Of a DNA stretch of 64,000 bases, positions 1 to 9,741 are shown one piece after another. Where the stretch lies: NCBI GenBank assembly GCA_964342415.1, contig CAYFFD010000002.1, positions 125 to 64,124 on the forward strand, given 5' to 3'. Both the position numbers and the translations under genes were made by a program. The notes under the pieces are model-generated. The model did no database searches and was not told where the DNA came from. It saw only the letters and a program-made list of their open reading frames with translations. Each line of letters starts with the position of its first letter. Within the stretch, counting starts at the first letter, position 1. The stretch comes from Candidatus Woesearchaeota archaeon (lineage in GTDB: Archaea > Nanobdellota > Nanobdellia > Pacearchaeales > GW2011-AR1).

Positions 1-1035
1 AAGACCGGTGCCTATATTCTTGCGATAGGAGACGCCGGACCAGGGACAGATGAATTAGAATTAATAATTTTTGATGGTGCAACAGGAAGGCTCCAAAATA
101 GAGAGGCTGCAGGCGCAACCCAATTACAAGCAGAACAGTGGTACCACATGGTTGGTACATATGATGGTAGTGATATAAATACATATATTGACGGAGTTTT
201 AGACCGTTCTGGATCTTATTCTGGAGATATTGATTCAACTTCTAACAATTTATTAATAGGTATTAATAATGATTTAAGTACTAAGGAAGTGAACGGCTCA
301 ATGTCCGACGTTCGAATCTACGACCGTGCATTATCACCAGATGAGATAAACACTATTTATAATTCTTATAGGCCAAAGATAACAGCAGGCTCTCTTCAAA
401 AAGGTTTGGTTTTAGATATGCCTTTAAAATCAAAATACACAAAAACCGAAACTGCTGGCTCAGAGGTGATGACAGACAGAACTCCTTATTCAAACGATGG
501 AACAAATTATGGTGCAAATGTAGGAACCAATTGGACAAATTTTGATGGAGTGGATGATCGAATCAATAGAACTGATGCAGCATCTTTACGACCTGCTGAT
601 GAAGTTACAGTTTCTGTTTGGATTAAGACCTCTGCACTTAATAGTGTGGCTCAATCAATTTTTGTGGGTAAAGCAGTATGGAATGATGAAGGATATTCAT
701 TGTTTGATAATGGACAATGGACCTCCGAAATAATATGGAGAATTATGACACTCAATTCAGGAAATACATATGATGTTAAATTTGCCCGTAATTTAGTTAA
801 TGATGGAGAATGGCACCATATTGTAGGAAAACATGATGGTTCAACAAGCTATATTTACCTTGATGGAATATTACAACAAAGTAAAGGAAGTACTGATATG
901 GTTGCAAGTACAACCACTTTTACTATTGGATCTTTTAGGGGAAGTTCTGGCATCAGCTTGATGTCTGATGTTAAAATATATGATCGTGCATTATCGGCAA
1001 CAGAAATAACTTCTTTATATGATAGAGGAAGATGA
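1..1035 (+). CDS. LamG/concanavalin-A-like lectin repeat surface protein (5' end outside window)
   Basis: Frame 1 is open from nt 1, with no stop before the first ATG at 148, so the gene is truncated by the window edge. Three LamG-type repeat cores or ends are visible: EQWYHMVGTYDGSDINTYIDG, EWHHIVGKHDGSTSYIYLDG, and the paired ends MSDVRIYDRALSPDEINTIY / MSDVKIYDRALSATEITSLY. Confidence 0.7.
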   Translation, partial: KTGAYILAIGDAGPGTDELELIIFDGATGRLQNREAAGATQLQAEQWYHMVGTYDGSDINTYIDGVLDRSGSYSGDIDSTSNNLLIGINNDLSTKEVNGSMSDVRIYDRALSPDEINTIYNSYRPKITAGSLQKGLVLDMPLKSKYTKTETAGSEVMTDRTPYSNDGTNYGANVGTNWTNFDGVDDRINRTDAASLRPADEVTVSVWIKTSALNSVAQSIFVGKAVWNDEGYSLFDNGQWTSEIIWRIMTLNSGNTYDVKFARNLVNDGEWHHIVGKHDGSTSYIYLDGILQQSKGSTDMVASTTTFTIGSFRGSSGISLMSDVKIYDRALSATEITSLYDRGR

Positions 1036-1471
1036 AATGAAAAAAGATTTTTATTTTAAGACTTATATTGTAATTGCAATAATTATTTTTCTCATGATAT
1101 TACACATTGAATTTATTATAAAAACAAATTACGCTCCTGAAAATGTTTTAATTCAGGTGAAATCAGATAAAGGAATTCCAGAGAAGGGTGCAGAGTGTTA
1201 TGCAGACATTACCTCATTTCAAATAAACACACAGAATAAGCCCTTAGAAAAACTTGAAAGTCTTTATGATTTTATAGCAGCCAGAACATTTAGTGTAAGC
1301 GAGGAGAAAGGTTTTCATTTACTGGAAACGGGTTTTGCTGAATACAATGAAAAGTTTGATATAAAAATAATTTGTTACTCGGAAGAATTGAGGGGAGTTT
1401 CCTACACAATAATAAACAACACAAATATGAATTGTGAAATTAAAAATAATGGAAAGTTACTTCTTTGTTAA
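1019..1471 (+). CDS. hypothetical protein with N-terminal membrane anchor
   Basis: ORF with a hydrophobic N-terminal segment (YIVIAIIIFLMILHIEFII). The more likely start is MKKDFYF at nt 1037, just after the LamG stop. No family recognised. Confidence 0.4.
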   Translation: MIEEDEMKKDFYFKTYIVIAIIIFLMILHIEFIIKTNYAPENVLIQVKSDKGIPEKGAECYADITSFQINTQNKPLEKLESLYDFIAARTFSVSEEKGFHLLETGFAEYNEKFDIKIICYSEELRGVSYTIINNTNMNCEIKNNGKLLLC

Positions 1472-2986
1472 ATAAGTTTCCCAAATATCATGAAGATATG
1501 GCCTTTTATCATAAAATGCTATTATAAAATCACATTCTTCTATTTTTTCGTTTGAAATAAGAACTAAGTTTTTCTGTTTATGAAGAAAAAAAGATTCAGA
1601 GACATTATCTTTATAGAGATATTTGTAAAAATTCTGCTCCATTATTTGTTTTTTATCTTCACAATTTCCAGTAAGAAATTTATTTGCTTTCTCAGGATCT
1701 CCCCCTCCAATATTCGAATCTATTAGTCCAACAACATAATTTCCAGAAACAGGATAAACAGCAAGAGAGGTAATGCTATCTGTTATAACAACTGATTTTT
1801 CAGGATACGTTTTTTCCAAAAATTTTAATGCATTATATTTATCATCATCCAAAACATTGATTGGTTGTAAAGGTGAAGAAAAAACAATAAAATAATGAAA
1901 AGCGAGAATTACTAATATGAATGCTATGGCATAAGTTTTAGCCTGTTTTATTTTAGTGAATTTAGATATATTATTTATAATGCTTGAAGAACCAATTCCT
2001 GCTAAAATGCTTATTCCTATCAGATAAAAGAAAAACAATCTTTGGAAGGGAATGAAATAAATAGTATTAAAAATATAGAATAAATAAATTTGAATTATTG
2101 AAAATAAAAACCAAGCAATCATGATTTTTGATTTTTTTAAATACACTATTGTAATTAGTCCGATAATTGCAAGAACACTAGGAATAACTCCAAAGAAAAA
2201 TATAGGGGAAGCGTTAAATTGAACAGCACTCCAACCAAGAGGGAATATAATTTCATCAAGCAAATTTAAGTATTTTAATATTAAAGCAAATAACATTATC
2301 AAAACTGCTGAAATCAATGAAAAATAAACTAAAAACATCTTTTTGGTTAAATTAAATTTTTTATGAAAAGAATTTTCCATAAAGAGTACATAAAAAAAGA
2401 TAATTCCTAAGAAAAAGAACAAAGCAGGAGGATAAGTTAAAGCAGTAATTAATAAAGTAATTGTTAAAAACAAAATATATTTTTTTGAGTTTAAAGATTC
2501 CAATTTATAAAAAAATATTAATGCTAAAAATAAAAGAGTTATTCCTAATGTTAAAGGAAGGAAATATTGGTGGGCAAGAAAACCACCTGCACTTTTAATA
2601 GTTCCAAAGAATAAAACAGAGAATAATGCCGTGAGATAATCTTTATACAATAGCATGACAAGATAAAAAAGTAACAAACTATTAATTATCATAAAAATAA
2701 TTATAAAATATTTATAATAAAGAACAGGGTCTGCTTTGATAAGTGAAAATACTCCTGCTAGAAAAAAATGAAATCCTGATTCAAAATTATTATGAGGAAA
2801 TGCCAGACTTAAATATGGGTTAACAAAAGGTAGCTTGTTTTCTTCGAGAATGTATTTTGCAAAAGAAATATGTACATATTCATCACCTACTAAAGGATAT
2901 TTATAATCAAAATGGGGTTGATAAGCTATAAGAATACTAATTAAGATAACAATAAAAAGCAAAGAAATTTTAATCCCTCTTTTCAT
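1457..2986 (-). CDS. polytopic membrane protein, probable GT-C-fold glycosyltransferase
   Basis: 509 aa with about a dozen hydrophobic helices followed by a soluble C-terminal domain of roughly 130 aa. The first loop has an acidic GDEYVH motif like PMT/ArnT-type GT-C enzymes. Assignment is by architecture only. Confidence 0.5.
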   Translation of the reverse strand: MKRGIKISLLFIVILISILIAYQPHFDYKYPLVGDEYVHISFAKYILEENKLPFVNPYLSLAFPHNNFESGFHFFLAGVFSLIKADPVLYYKYFIIIFMIINSLLLFYLVMLLYKDYLTALFSVLFFGTIKSAGGFLAHQYFLPLTLGITLLFLALIFFYKLESLNSKKYILFLTITLLITALTYPPALFFFLGIIFFYVLFMENSFHKKFNLTKKMFLVYFSLISAVLIMLFALILKYLNLLDEIIFPLGWSAVQFNASPIFFFGVIPSVLAIIGLITIVYLKKSKIMIAWFLFSIIQIYLFYIFNTIYFIPFQRLFFFYLIGISILAGIGSSSIINNISKFTKIKQAKTYAIAFILVILAFHYFIVFSSPLQPINVLDDDKYNALKFLEKTYPEKSVVITDSITSLAVYPVSGNYVVGLIDSNIGGGDPEKANKFLTGNCEDKKQIMEQNFYKYLYKDNVSESFFLHKQKNLVLISNEKIEECDFIIAFYDKRPYLHDIWETYLTKK

Positions 2987-3093
2987 TAATAATCAAGAAT
3001 AACATAATTTATAAAAGTTTTTTATACTCCTTAAAATTTCCTAATTAAAATATTTACAAAAATTTTTAAAAATAAAGAAGTTGTTAAAATCGA

Positions 3094-3846
3094 ATGAAAA
3101 AAAAGAATATTTTTGGATTAAGCTGGCAGTTGGCAATAGCAGATTTTAAACTTAGAAATGAGGATAGTTACCTTGGAAATTTGTGGTATTTTTTAAATCC
3201 CCTTCTTTTGTTTTTGCTTTTGTTCCTTGTATTTTTTGACCGTTTGGGACAAAACATTTCTTCATATCCTGCTTATTTGCTAATGGGAATTATTATTTTT
3301 AATTTTTTCCTTAGAGTAACTACAGAATCTACAAGTACAATATTGAATAGCGGATTTATTAAATCAATTAATTTTCCTAGAGAAACTCTTATTATTTCAC
3401 TTGTCTTAAAACATATATTCTCACATATATTTGAAGTAATTGTATTTTTCATTATCCTTTTTTTCTTTAATGTTCCGATATATGGAATTTTACTTTATTT
3501 CTTAATTTTAATTTTTTTATCCTTGTTTGTTTATGGATTATCACTTCTCCTTTCATCACTTACAATTTATTTTCTTGATTTGAGAGATATATGGATATAC
3601 TTCTCAACATTGTTATGGTTTGCAACACCTATATTTTATGAAGTTGGAGGACAAACAAGGCTTTATATTTTAAATTTGTTTAATCCCATGTATTATTTTA
3701 TTACTGCTGCAAGAGATATGATTATTTATTCTAGAATTCCTGAAGCGTGGATTCTTTTAGGTATTTTTTTATACACCTCACTGTCTTTAATAATTGGAAC
3801 GATTGTTTTTAGAAAATTAAAAAATAAATTTGTGGAGATGATTTAA
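3094..3846 (+). CDS. ABC-2 type polysaccharide exporter permease (Wzm/TagG-like)
   Basis: 250 aa, six hydrophobic segments. The N-terminal ADFKLRNEDSYLGNLWYFLNPLL is typical of ABC-2 glycan exporters. It is followed 1 nt later by the cognate ATPase. Confidence 0.8.
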   Translation: MKKKNIFGLSWQLAIADFKLRNEDSYLGNLWYFLNPLLLFLLLFLVFFDRLGQNISSYPAYLLMGIIIFNFFLRVTTESTSTILNSGFIKSINFPRETLIISLVLKHIFSHIFEVIVFFIILFFFNVPIYGILLYFLILIFLSLFVYGLSLLLSSLTIYFLDLRDIWIYFSTLLWFATPIFYEVGGQTRLYILNLFNPMYYFITAARDMIIYSRIPEAWILLGIFLYTSLSLIIGTIVFRKLKNKFVEMI

Positions 3847-3847
3847 A

Positions 3848-4591
3848 ATGAATGAAGAAAAAGCAATAATAGTAAAAAATGTATCAAAGACATTTAAAAT
3901 AGGAGTTAAAAAAAAGCAAACCACTTTAGCAAGGATTCTTTCTTTCTTATCTTATAAAGAATCTAAAAAACCTTTGAAAGTTTTAAAAAACGTGTCTTTT
4001 AGTTTAGATAAAGGAGATTATGTTGGGATCATAGGTAAAAATGGTTCTGGAAAAAGTACGTTGCTTAAAATTATTGCAGGAATTATTAAACAAGATAAAG
4101 GAATAGTTGAAACTAAAGGAAAAATAATTCCTGTTATCAATTTGAATTATGGAATAAAAGAGAGGTTAACAGTGAGGGATAATATATATTTGTGTTGTTC
4201 TTATCTTGGACTTGGACAAAAGGAAATAAAAAATAAGTTTAATTCAATCTTAACATTCGCAGGGCTCAAAAAATTTGTTGGCACTAAGTGGTATCAGCTT
4301 TCAGATGGAATGAAGCAAAGAATTGTTTTTTCAGTTGCTATATATTCTAATCCTGAAATACTTTTAACTGATGAAGCTTTGGAAGTAGGGGATGAAGAAT
4401 TTAAAATGAAGTGTGTGAAGAAACTTGATGAATTAAGAAAAAAAAATGTTACAATTTTATTCACTAGTCATCAATTAGAGGGGATTGTTAAAAAGAAATA
4501 CAGAACTATATGGATAGACAATGGAAAGATAGTTATGATTGGAAGTGGGCCAAAAGTGGTTAAAGCTTATTTGAAAGATGCAAAAAGATAA
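3848..4591 (+). CDS. ABC transporter ATP-binding protein (Wzt/TagH-like)
   Basis: Walker A GKNGSGKSTLLKIIAG, signature LSDGMKQRIVFSVAI, Walker B ILLTDEALEVGD. Confidence 0.9.
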   Translation: MNEEKAIIVKNVSKTFKIGVKKKQTTLARILSFLSYKESKKPLKVLKNVSFSLDKGDYVGIIGKNGSGKSTLLKIIAGIIKQDKGIVETKGKIIPVINLNYGIKERLTVRDNIYLCCSYLGLGQKEIKNKFNSILTFAGLKKFVGTKWYQLSDGMKQRIVFSVAIYSNPEILLTDEALEVGDEEFKMKCVKKLDELRKKNVTILFTSHQLEGIVKKKYRTIWIDNGKIVMIGSGPKVVKAYLKDAKR

Positions 4592-5465
4592 TTTTATTAA
4601 ATATTTGAGAAAACATAAAAAAGAAACTTACTTTTTAGTTTCTGCTCCAGGAAATTCAGGAGATATCTTGTTGAGAAATGGATTGAAATTTTATCTAGAG
4701 AATAATGGATTTGATATTACTAATAAAATCAAAGAAGCAGATAGTATTCTTATTCATGGAGGAGGAAATATTGATGATGTATGGTATTCTGGAATAGAGC
4801 TCCTAAAAAATATAATTAAAAGTTATCCAAATAAAAAAATAGTTATTTCTCCAAGCACTTGTCATTTTTCTAAAACAAATTTTGAACAAATACTAAATAA
4901 CCATAAATCTGTGGTGCATTTCTTTGCTAGGGAAAAAAATTCCTTTACGAGATTAAAAAATATGAATTTAAATAAAAATATAAATTTTTATTTGGCTAAT
5001 GACACAGCGTTCTTATTGGAAAAAACAAATTATTTTTATGAAATAAAAAAACAATCAAAAAATAATTATATTCTATTTTCTTTTAGAACAGACAGAGAGA
5101 GCATTTTGCTAAATGAAAGAATAATAAATTTGATAAGGGGTTTTTTTGGTGAATTTGGGACATTTGGAACAAGTGATATAATAAGATATAAATATACAAA
5201 ATATAAAATAAATAAATTCATAAAAAATATTAAACAAAATTATAATAAAAAGAAAATAATAACAGATGCTTCTTATAAAGATTATAATACTTTTATTAAG
5301 TTAATTTTAAATGCATCTGAGATATATACTGATAGAATGCATGTTGGTATTCTTGGTGCAATGCTTGGAAAAAAAGTTTACTTGTATAAAACAAAATACG
5401 ATAAAGTCCAAGGAGTTTATGAACAAACTTTACACAGTTATCCTAATGTGAAAAAAATGTTCTAG
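4578..5465 (+). CDS. polysaccharide pyruvyl transferase-family protein
   Basis: SAPGNSGDILL and HGGGNI near the N-terminus and TDRMHVGILGAMLGK near the C-terminus resemble CsaB/WcaK-type pyruvyl transferases. 14-nt overlap with the ATPase gene. Confidence 0.55.
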   Translation: MQKDNFIKYLRKHKKETYFLVSAPGNSGDILLRNGLKFYLENNGFDITNKIKEADSILIHGGGNIDDVWYSGIELLKNIIKSYPNKKIVISPSTCHFSKTNFEQILNNHKSVVHFFAREKNSFTRLKNMNLNKNINFYLANDTAFLLEKTNYFYEIKKQSKNNYILFSFRTDRESILLNERIINLIRGFFGEFGTFGTSDIIRYKYTKYKINKFIKNIKQNYNKKKIITDASYKDYNTFIKLILNASEIYTDRMHVGILGAMLGKKVYLYKTKYDKVQGVYEQTLHSYPNVKKMF

Positions 5466-5515
5466 TATATTTATTCACAATAATATTTATAAAATAAAGA
5501 GTATTTCTGAAAATC

Positions 5516-6517
5516 ATGTTTTTAGGGCATGAAAATGATTTAGAAGAAGGAGAATGGAAGGTATTGAGTCATACGCCTGATCCTAGAATTTTAGTGAAAA
5601 ACAAAGGAAAATTTTATCAAATTTCTAATCTTTGTCCGCATCAAGGAAGTTTAATAAGACAAGGCTGTGGTAAGGGTGATGATGCTGTTTGTCCTTATCA
5701 TGCATGGTCTTGGGATTTGGATGGGAACCCAATAAGCTCAGGCACAACAAAAGATTTTTCTAATGAAAGTCCTTTAGAAAGAAAACAAGTTTATCGTTGG
5801 AAAGGTTTCCTTTTTGATGAACATCCATTGGGGAGGAGAAGTTTCTTTTTTGATGAACGTCCATTAGGAAGAAAAAAATCATCTTTACCAAGAATTTCTT
5901 CAGATGAACTCTTGCGAACCAAAGATCTTGAATTAGTGGATCAGCGAGTAGATCTGGTAAGAGCTTCTTATATAAATATCATGGATTTATTTTTAGATCT
6001 AGAACATATTCCAGTTGTTCATCCTGGACTTTATGATGAAATTAATATTCCAGATATTGATGATGTTGAATGGGATTATTTTGAAAATGGAAGTGTTCAA
6101 TTAGCACCATTTAGAGAAAATACAGGCTCGCCTGATTGGAACGCTCACACAATTAAAGATGATTTAAAATCAGGCTATGGAGCTATTTGGGTTGCTCTTT
6201 ATCCAGGTACAGTAATTGAATGGCAACCAGGAGCTTATTTTATCATGGAAAATGTACCTTCTCTTTCTGATAAAGATGAGACAGATGTTCATGTTTGGAA
6301 ATATAGAGATACAAAATATTCTGATAAAAATTGGGAAATTAATTCAAAGGTATGGGAAAAGGCCTGGGAACAAGATGTTGCACAATCAGAATTAATGAGG
6401 TCAACTTGGTATTTAAACGAGAAAAAAAATATGTATGAAAAATCTAAAGTACATTTTAGAGATTGGTTGAAAGAAAATGACCGACTTAAGGGCTCAAGCT
6501 TGGAGAAAAAAGTTTAA
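5516..6517 (+). CDS. Rieske [2Fe-2S] non-heme iron oxygenase, alpha-subunit-like
   Basis: CPH...CPYH Rieske ligands (LCPHQGSLI ... VCPYHAWSW). DLFLDLEHIPVVH matches the D-x3-D-x2-H-x4-H mononuclear-iron motif. Confidence 0.85.
   Translation: MFLGHENDLEEGEWKVLSHTPDPRILVKNKGKFYQISNLCPHQGSLIRQGCGKGDDAVCPYHAWSWDLDGNPISSGTTKDFSNESPLERKQVYRWKGFLFDEHPLGRRSFFFDERPLGRKKSSLPRISSDELLRTKDLELVDQRVDLVRASYINIMDLFLDLEHIPVVHPGLYDEINIPDIDDVEWDYFENGSVQLAPFRENTGSPDWNAHTIKDDLKSGYGAIWVALYPGTVIEWQPGAYFIMENVPSLSDKDETDVHVWKYRDTKYSDKNWEINSKVWEKAWEQDVAQSELMRSTWYLNEKKNMYEKSKVHFRDWLKENDRLKGSSLEKKV
5805..5876 (+). repeat. 36-nt tandem duplication (2 copies, 30/36 identical) inside the Rieske oxygenase gene
   Basis: gtttcctttttgatgaacatccattggggaggagaa / gtttcttttttgatgaacgtccattaggaagaaaaa, encoding GFLFDEHPLGRR / SFFFDERPLGRK. 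Confidence 0.85.
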
Positions 6518-7935
6518 TTTAATGACATTAATCTTGCTTTTTCTTTTATTAAATTCCAACCTTCTATTACATGTCTTTCTTGAACTTCAGTTTGCCCTAT
6601 AACAAATCTTATAGTATATTTGCCGTTCAATTTTGTATGTGTAAAATAAACCTCTCCTGTTTTATTTAAAATATTTAATAATTTTTCATTGTGTTCATTA
6701 ATTTTTTCTTCATCAGTCATGCCTTTAGGAATATGTCTGAAACAAATAGTGTTTAATTCAACTGGAGCCAATAATTCAAATTCGTTAGAAGATTCTATAA
6801 GATCTTTTATTTTTTTCGTTAATTCTAAATGATAACGAATTTTTTCTTGTAATCCCTTTACACCATAATTACGAATTACAAACCACAATTTTAATGCCCT
6901 AAATTTTCTACCTAATTGCAAACCCCAATCTCTATAATTTTTAACCCCTTGTGTTTGTGTTTTAAGATATTCAGGCAATATTTCAAGAGTTTTTATCAAT
7001 GATTCGAAATCTTTAACATAGTATGCTGAACAATCAATATTTGTGAATAGCCATTTATGAGGGTTAAAAGCAAAAGTATCAGCATCTTCGATGCCTTTAA
7101 TCATCCATTGTTTTTCTGGTAAGACAAGAGCTGAACCAGCTAGTGCAGCATCCACATGCATCCAAAGGTTGTATTTTTTACCAACTTTGCAAATACTTTC
7201 CATAGGGTCAATGGCTGTAGATCCTGTTGTTCCTATTGTTATAACTACTGCAAGAGGTTTAAACCCCTTGTCAATATCTTCTTTGATTGTCTTCTCTAAT
7301 TCTTCAGGAATCATTGCAAAATTTTTATCAACAGGTATTTTGCGTAATTGCTCTTTACCAAAACCAATAATCTTAACTACTTTTTCGATACTTGAATGAG
7401 CCTCTGAAGAACAATAAACAATAAATTTAGGTTGTCCTTGCAAACCCCTTGAATTAATTTCATAATTCGTAAATTTTTCTCTTGCAGTTAAAAGAGAGCA
7501 AGTAAGCCCATTTCCAACCGTGTCTTGTATGACCCCTGTAAAGTTTTTTGGTAAACCAATAATATCTCTAAGCCAATTCATAACGTGTTCTTCGAGCTCG
7601 GTTGCGGAAGGAGATGTTTCCCAACTCATACACTGAACATTAATTGCAGCTGTAATCATTTCAGCTAAAACAGATATTCTACTTGAATTCACTGGAAAAT
7701 ATGCAAAAAATTTTGGATGTTGCCAATGAGTAATCCCTGGCAAAATAATTTTTTCGAAATCAGAAAACAACTTTTTAAAATCCTCTCCATCTTGTGGTGG
7801 ATTTTTTGGAATCTGTGATATAATTTCACCCGGTTTAACTTGTGATTTCACAGGATATTTTTCAACTGAATCTAAATAATCAGACATCCAATCAATCAAT
7901 TCATGCCCAAATTTACGAAAGTTTTCTGAATCCAT
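6514..7935 (-). CDS. PLP-dependent group II decarboxylase (aromatic-L-amino-acid/tyrosine decarboxylase type)
   Basis: FAYFP, HVDAALAGSA and the NPHKW PLP-lysine motif; 473 aa. Its stop overlaps the convergent Rieske gene stop by 4 nt. Confidence 0.85.
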   Translation of the reverse strand: MDSENFRKFGHELIDWMSDYLDSVEKYPVKSQVKPGEIISQIPKNPPQDGEDFKKLFSDFEKIILPGITHWQHPKFFAYFPVNSSRISVLAEMITAAINVQCMSWETSPSATELEEHVMNWLRDIIGLPKNFTGVIQDTVGNGLTCSLLTAREKFTNYEINSRGLQGQPKFIVYCSSEAHSSIEKVVKIIGFGKEQLRKIPVDKNFAMIPEELEKTIKEDIDKGFKPLAVVITIGTTGSTAIDPMESICKVGKKYNLWMHVDAALAGSALVLPEKQWMIKGIEDADTFAFNPHKWLFTNIDCSAYYVKDFESLIKTLEILPEYLKTQTQGVKNYRDWGLQLGRKFRALKLWFVIRNYGVKGLQEKIRYHLELTKKIKDLIESSNEFELLAPVELNTICFRHIPKGMTDEEKINEHNEKLLNILNKTGEVYFTHTKLNGKYTIRFVIGQTEVQERHVIEGWNLIKEKARLMSLN

Positions 7936-7999
7936 TTTTAAAACTATTTTGTTTAAATAAATATATGACTTGATTTAAAAAATATTCCTTCAAACTGAT

Positions 8000-9682
8000 T
8001 CATTTTAAGAAATACTCTAGCTTATTGTCAAAATCTATTTTATCAAACTTAGAATCAAATTTCCCACTTACAAATAATTCGTTGAACACGTGTATATACA
8101 ATAAACAAAAAATAACCCATAAATGTTGCTTTGGGTTTTTCATCATAGTGTTTATGTAATCTCTGCTTAGTATGTTTTTTACAAAATCTGATTCAATGAA
8201 TTTTATGATTGCATCCCATTTGTTTTCAAACATGAATTCAATATCAATAGGAATGGGTAATTTTTGGATATGTTGTGCTCTATTTTTTCCTAAAATAGTT
8301 TTTACTTCTTTTTCATAATAAGCTCTATTAAAATTTAATTTTCTCAAGGGTTTTGCAAAGACTTTTGTACGTTCATTAAAAATAGGAAGGATGTCTTGTA
8401 CATTAAAACTATTAAAAATGAGTCCTTGCCTTATTGATCCTAGATATTGAAGATGATTGTAAAAGAGTATTTTCAATAAATCATTTTTTATATATTTCTT
8501 TAATAATGAAATTCTACTTATTCTTAATCCTTTAAATAAACCTTTTTTGAATAAAACATTTCTAAAATAATATAATTCATCTATCAAATTCTTTTTAAAC
8601 CATATGATCTCTGAACTTTTTTCTGTGCTAAAAAGAAATTCAGCAGACATCCCAGAAAATACTACCTTTGTATTTTTTTTAATTTTTTTTGCAAATAAAT
8701 TATATAAGGAACCATAAGGACTTTGAATTGCCCCCTCTAATCTCCATATAACATCTGGAAGATCATTTAATTCCTTGGAATCCATGAATTCTATTTTATG
8801 TTTAATATTTTTATATGATTTTGTTAACAGTTTAGTATTTCTAGTTTCATCTTGTTTCTTTCCCCCTATTGTTAAAGCAGTTACTTTTATATCTTTTAGA
8901 ATTGAGAGATAATACAAAGTTAAATTACTATCACAACCACTACTAAGAAGATGATTTACATTTTTTGAGCGCAATTCTTTAGCTATCCTTTCTATGTTTT
9001 GTTGTATTGACTTCATAACATTTTTCTTAGCAGATTCTATTGACACTTTTTTTTCTTTTTTCTTGAAATTTTTTATTTTAATTGATTTTTTTGAATAATT
9101 TATATGAAGATATTGCCCTATGATCAGTTTGTTAACGTGTTTTATTAAGGTTGAATTGGTTGGAGATGGTCCACTATATTTAACATAGGACAAAAAATCA
9201 TAAACAACAGGAATGTTCAGTTCTCTTTTAAAAGGCATTCTTTTCAAAATTTCCTTCAAAGAAGTGCTGAAAATTAATTTTTCTTTATTGAAAACATAAT
9301 AAACAGGTAGCGAGGAGCCAAAATGGTCTAATAAGATATATCCCTTGTTTGTTTTTCCATTCCATATAAATACTATAAAAGAACCCTCTAAAAAAGAAAT
9401 AAAATCCAATCCTTTTGTGCTATATAATTTTTCAACAATTTCAACATCATTTTCAGATTCTATTAAATATTTGGATTTAATTTCTCTTATATTTGATATG
9501 TAACCTAAAATTACACAAACATTATTATTTTGAGAATTATGAAAATAATTTTTTCCATGAGATTTAAAGCAATGTATTCTATCTACATGTAAATCTAAAA
9601 ATCCATTAGAAAAATTTTCTTCAGAATTTTTCTTAAGAGAACTAAATTTATTCCAATGTAAAGTTCCTGTGAGGATATTCAT
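8000..9682 (-). CDS. asparagine synthetase B-like adenylating enzyme lacking the N-terminal Cys nucleophile
   Basis: AsnB-like length and layout with a PP-loop-like LSSGCDSN. The N-terminus is MNILTG, with no Cys2. Confidence 0.65.
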   Translation of the reverse strand: MNILTGTLHWNKFSSLKKNSEENFSNGFLDLHVDRIHCFKSHGKNYFHNSQNNNVCVILGYISNIREIKSKYLIESENDVEIVEKLYSTKGLDFISFLEGSFIVFIWNGKTNKGYILLDHFGSSLPVYYVFNKEKLIFSTSLKEILKRMPFKRELNIPVVYDFLSYVKYSGPSPTNSTLIKHVNKLIIGQYLHINYSKKSIKIKNFKKKEKKVSIESAKKNVMKSIQQNIERIAKELRSKNVNHLLSSGCDSNLTLYYLSILKDIKVTALTIGGKKQDETRNTKLLTKSYKNIKHKIEFMDSKELNDLPDVIWRLEGAIQSPYGSLYNLFAKKIKKNTKVVFSGMSAEFLFSTEKSSEIIWFKKNLIDELYYFRNVLFKKGLFKGLRISRISLLKKYIKNDLLKILFYNHLQYLGSIRQGLIFNSFNVQDILPIFNERTKVFAKPLRKLNFNRAYYEKEVKTILGKNRAQHIQKLPIPIDIEFMFENKWDAIIKFIESDFVKNILSRDYINTMMKNPKQHLWVIFCLLYIHVFNELFVSGKFDSKFDKIDFDNKLEYFLK

Positions 9683-9741
9683 AATCTAAAAAATTAAAAA
9701 CGATTATTTAAAGATTTTGTCAATAAATAAGATAGAATTTT

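Noticed and set aside
5805-5876. The tandem repeat as a possible CRISPR or minisatellite.
   Set aside because: There are only two directly adjacent copies with no spacers, and they are in frame within a well-supported CDS.
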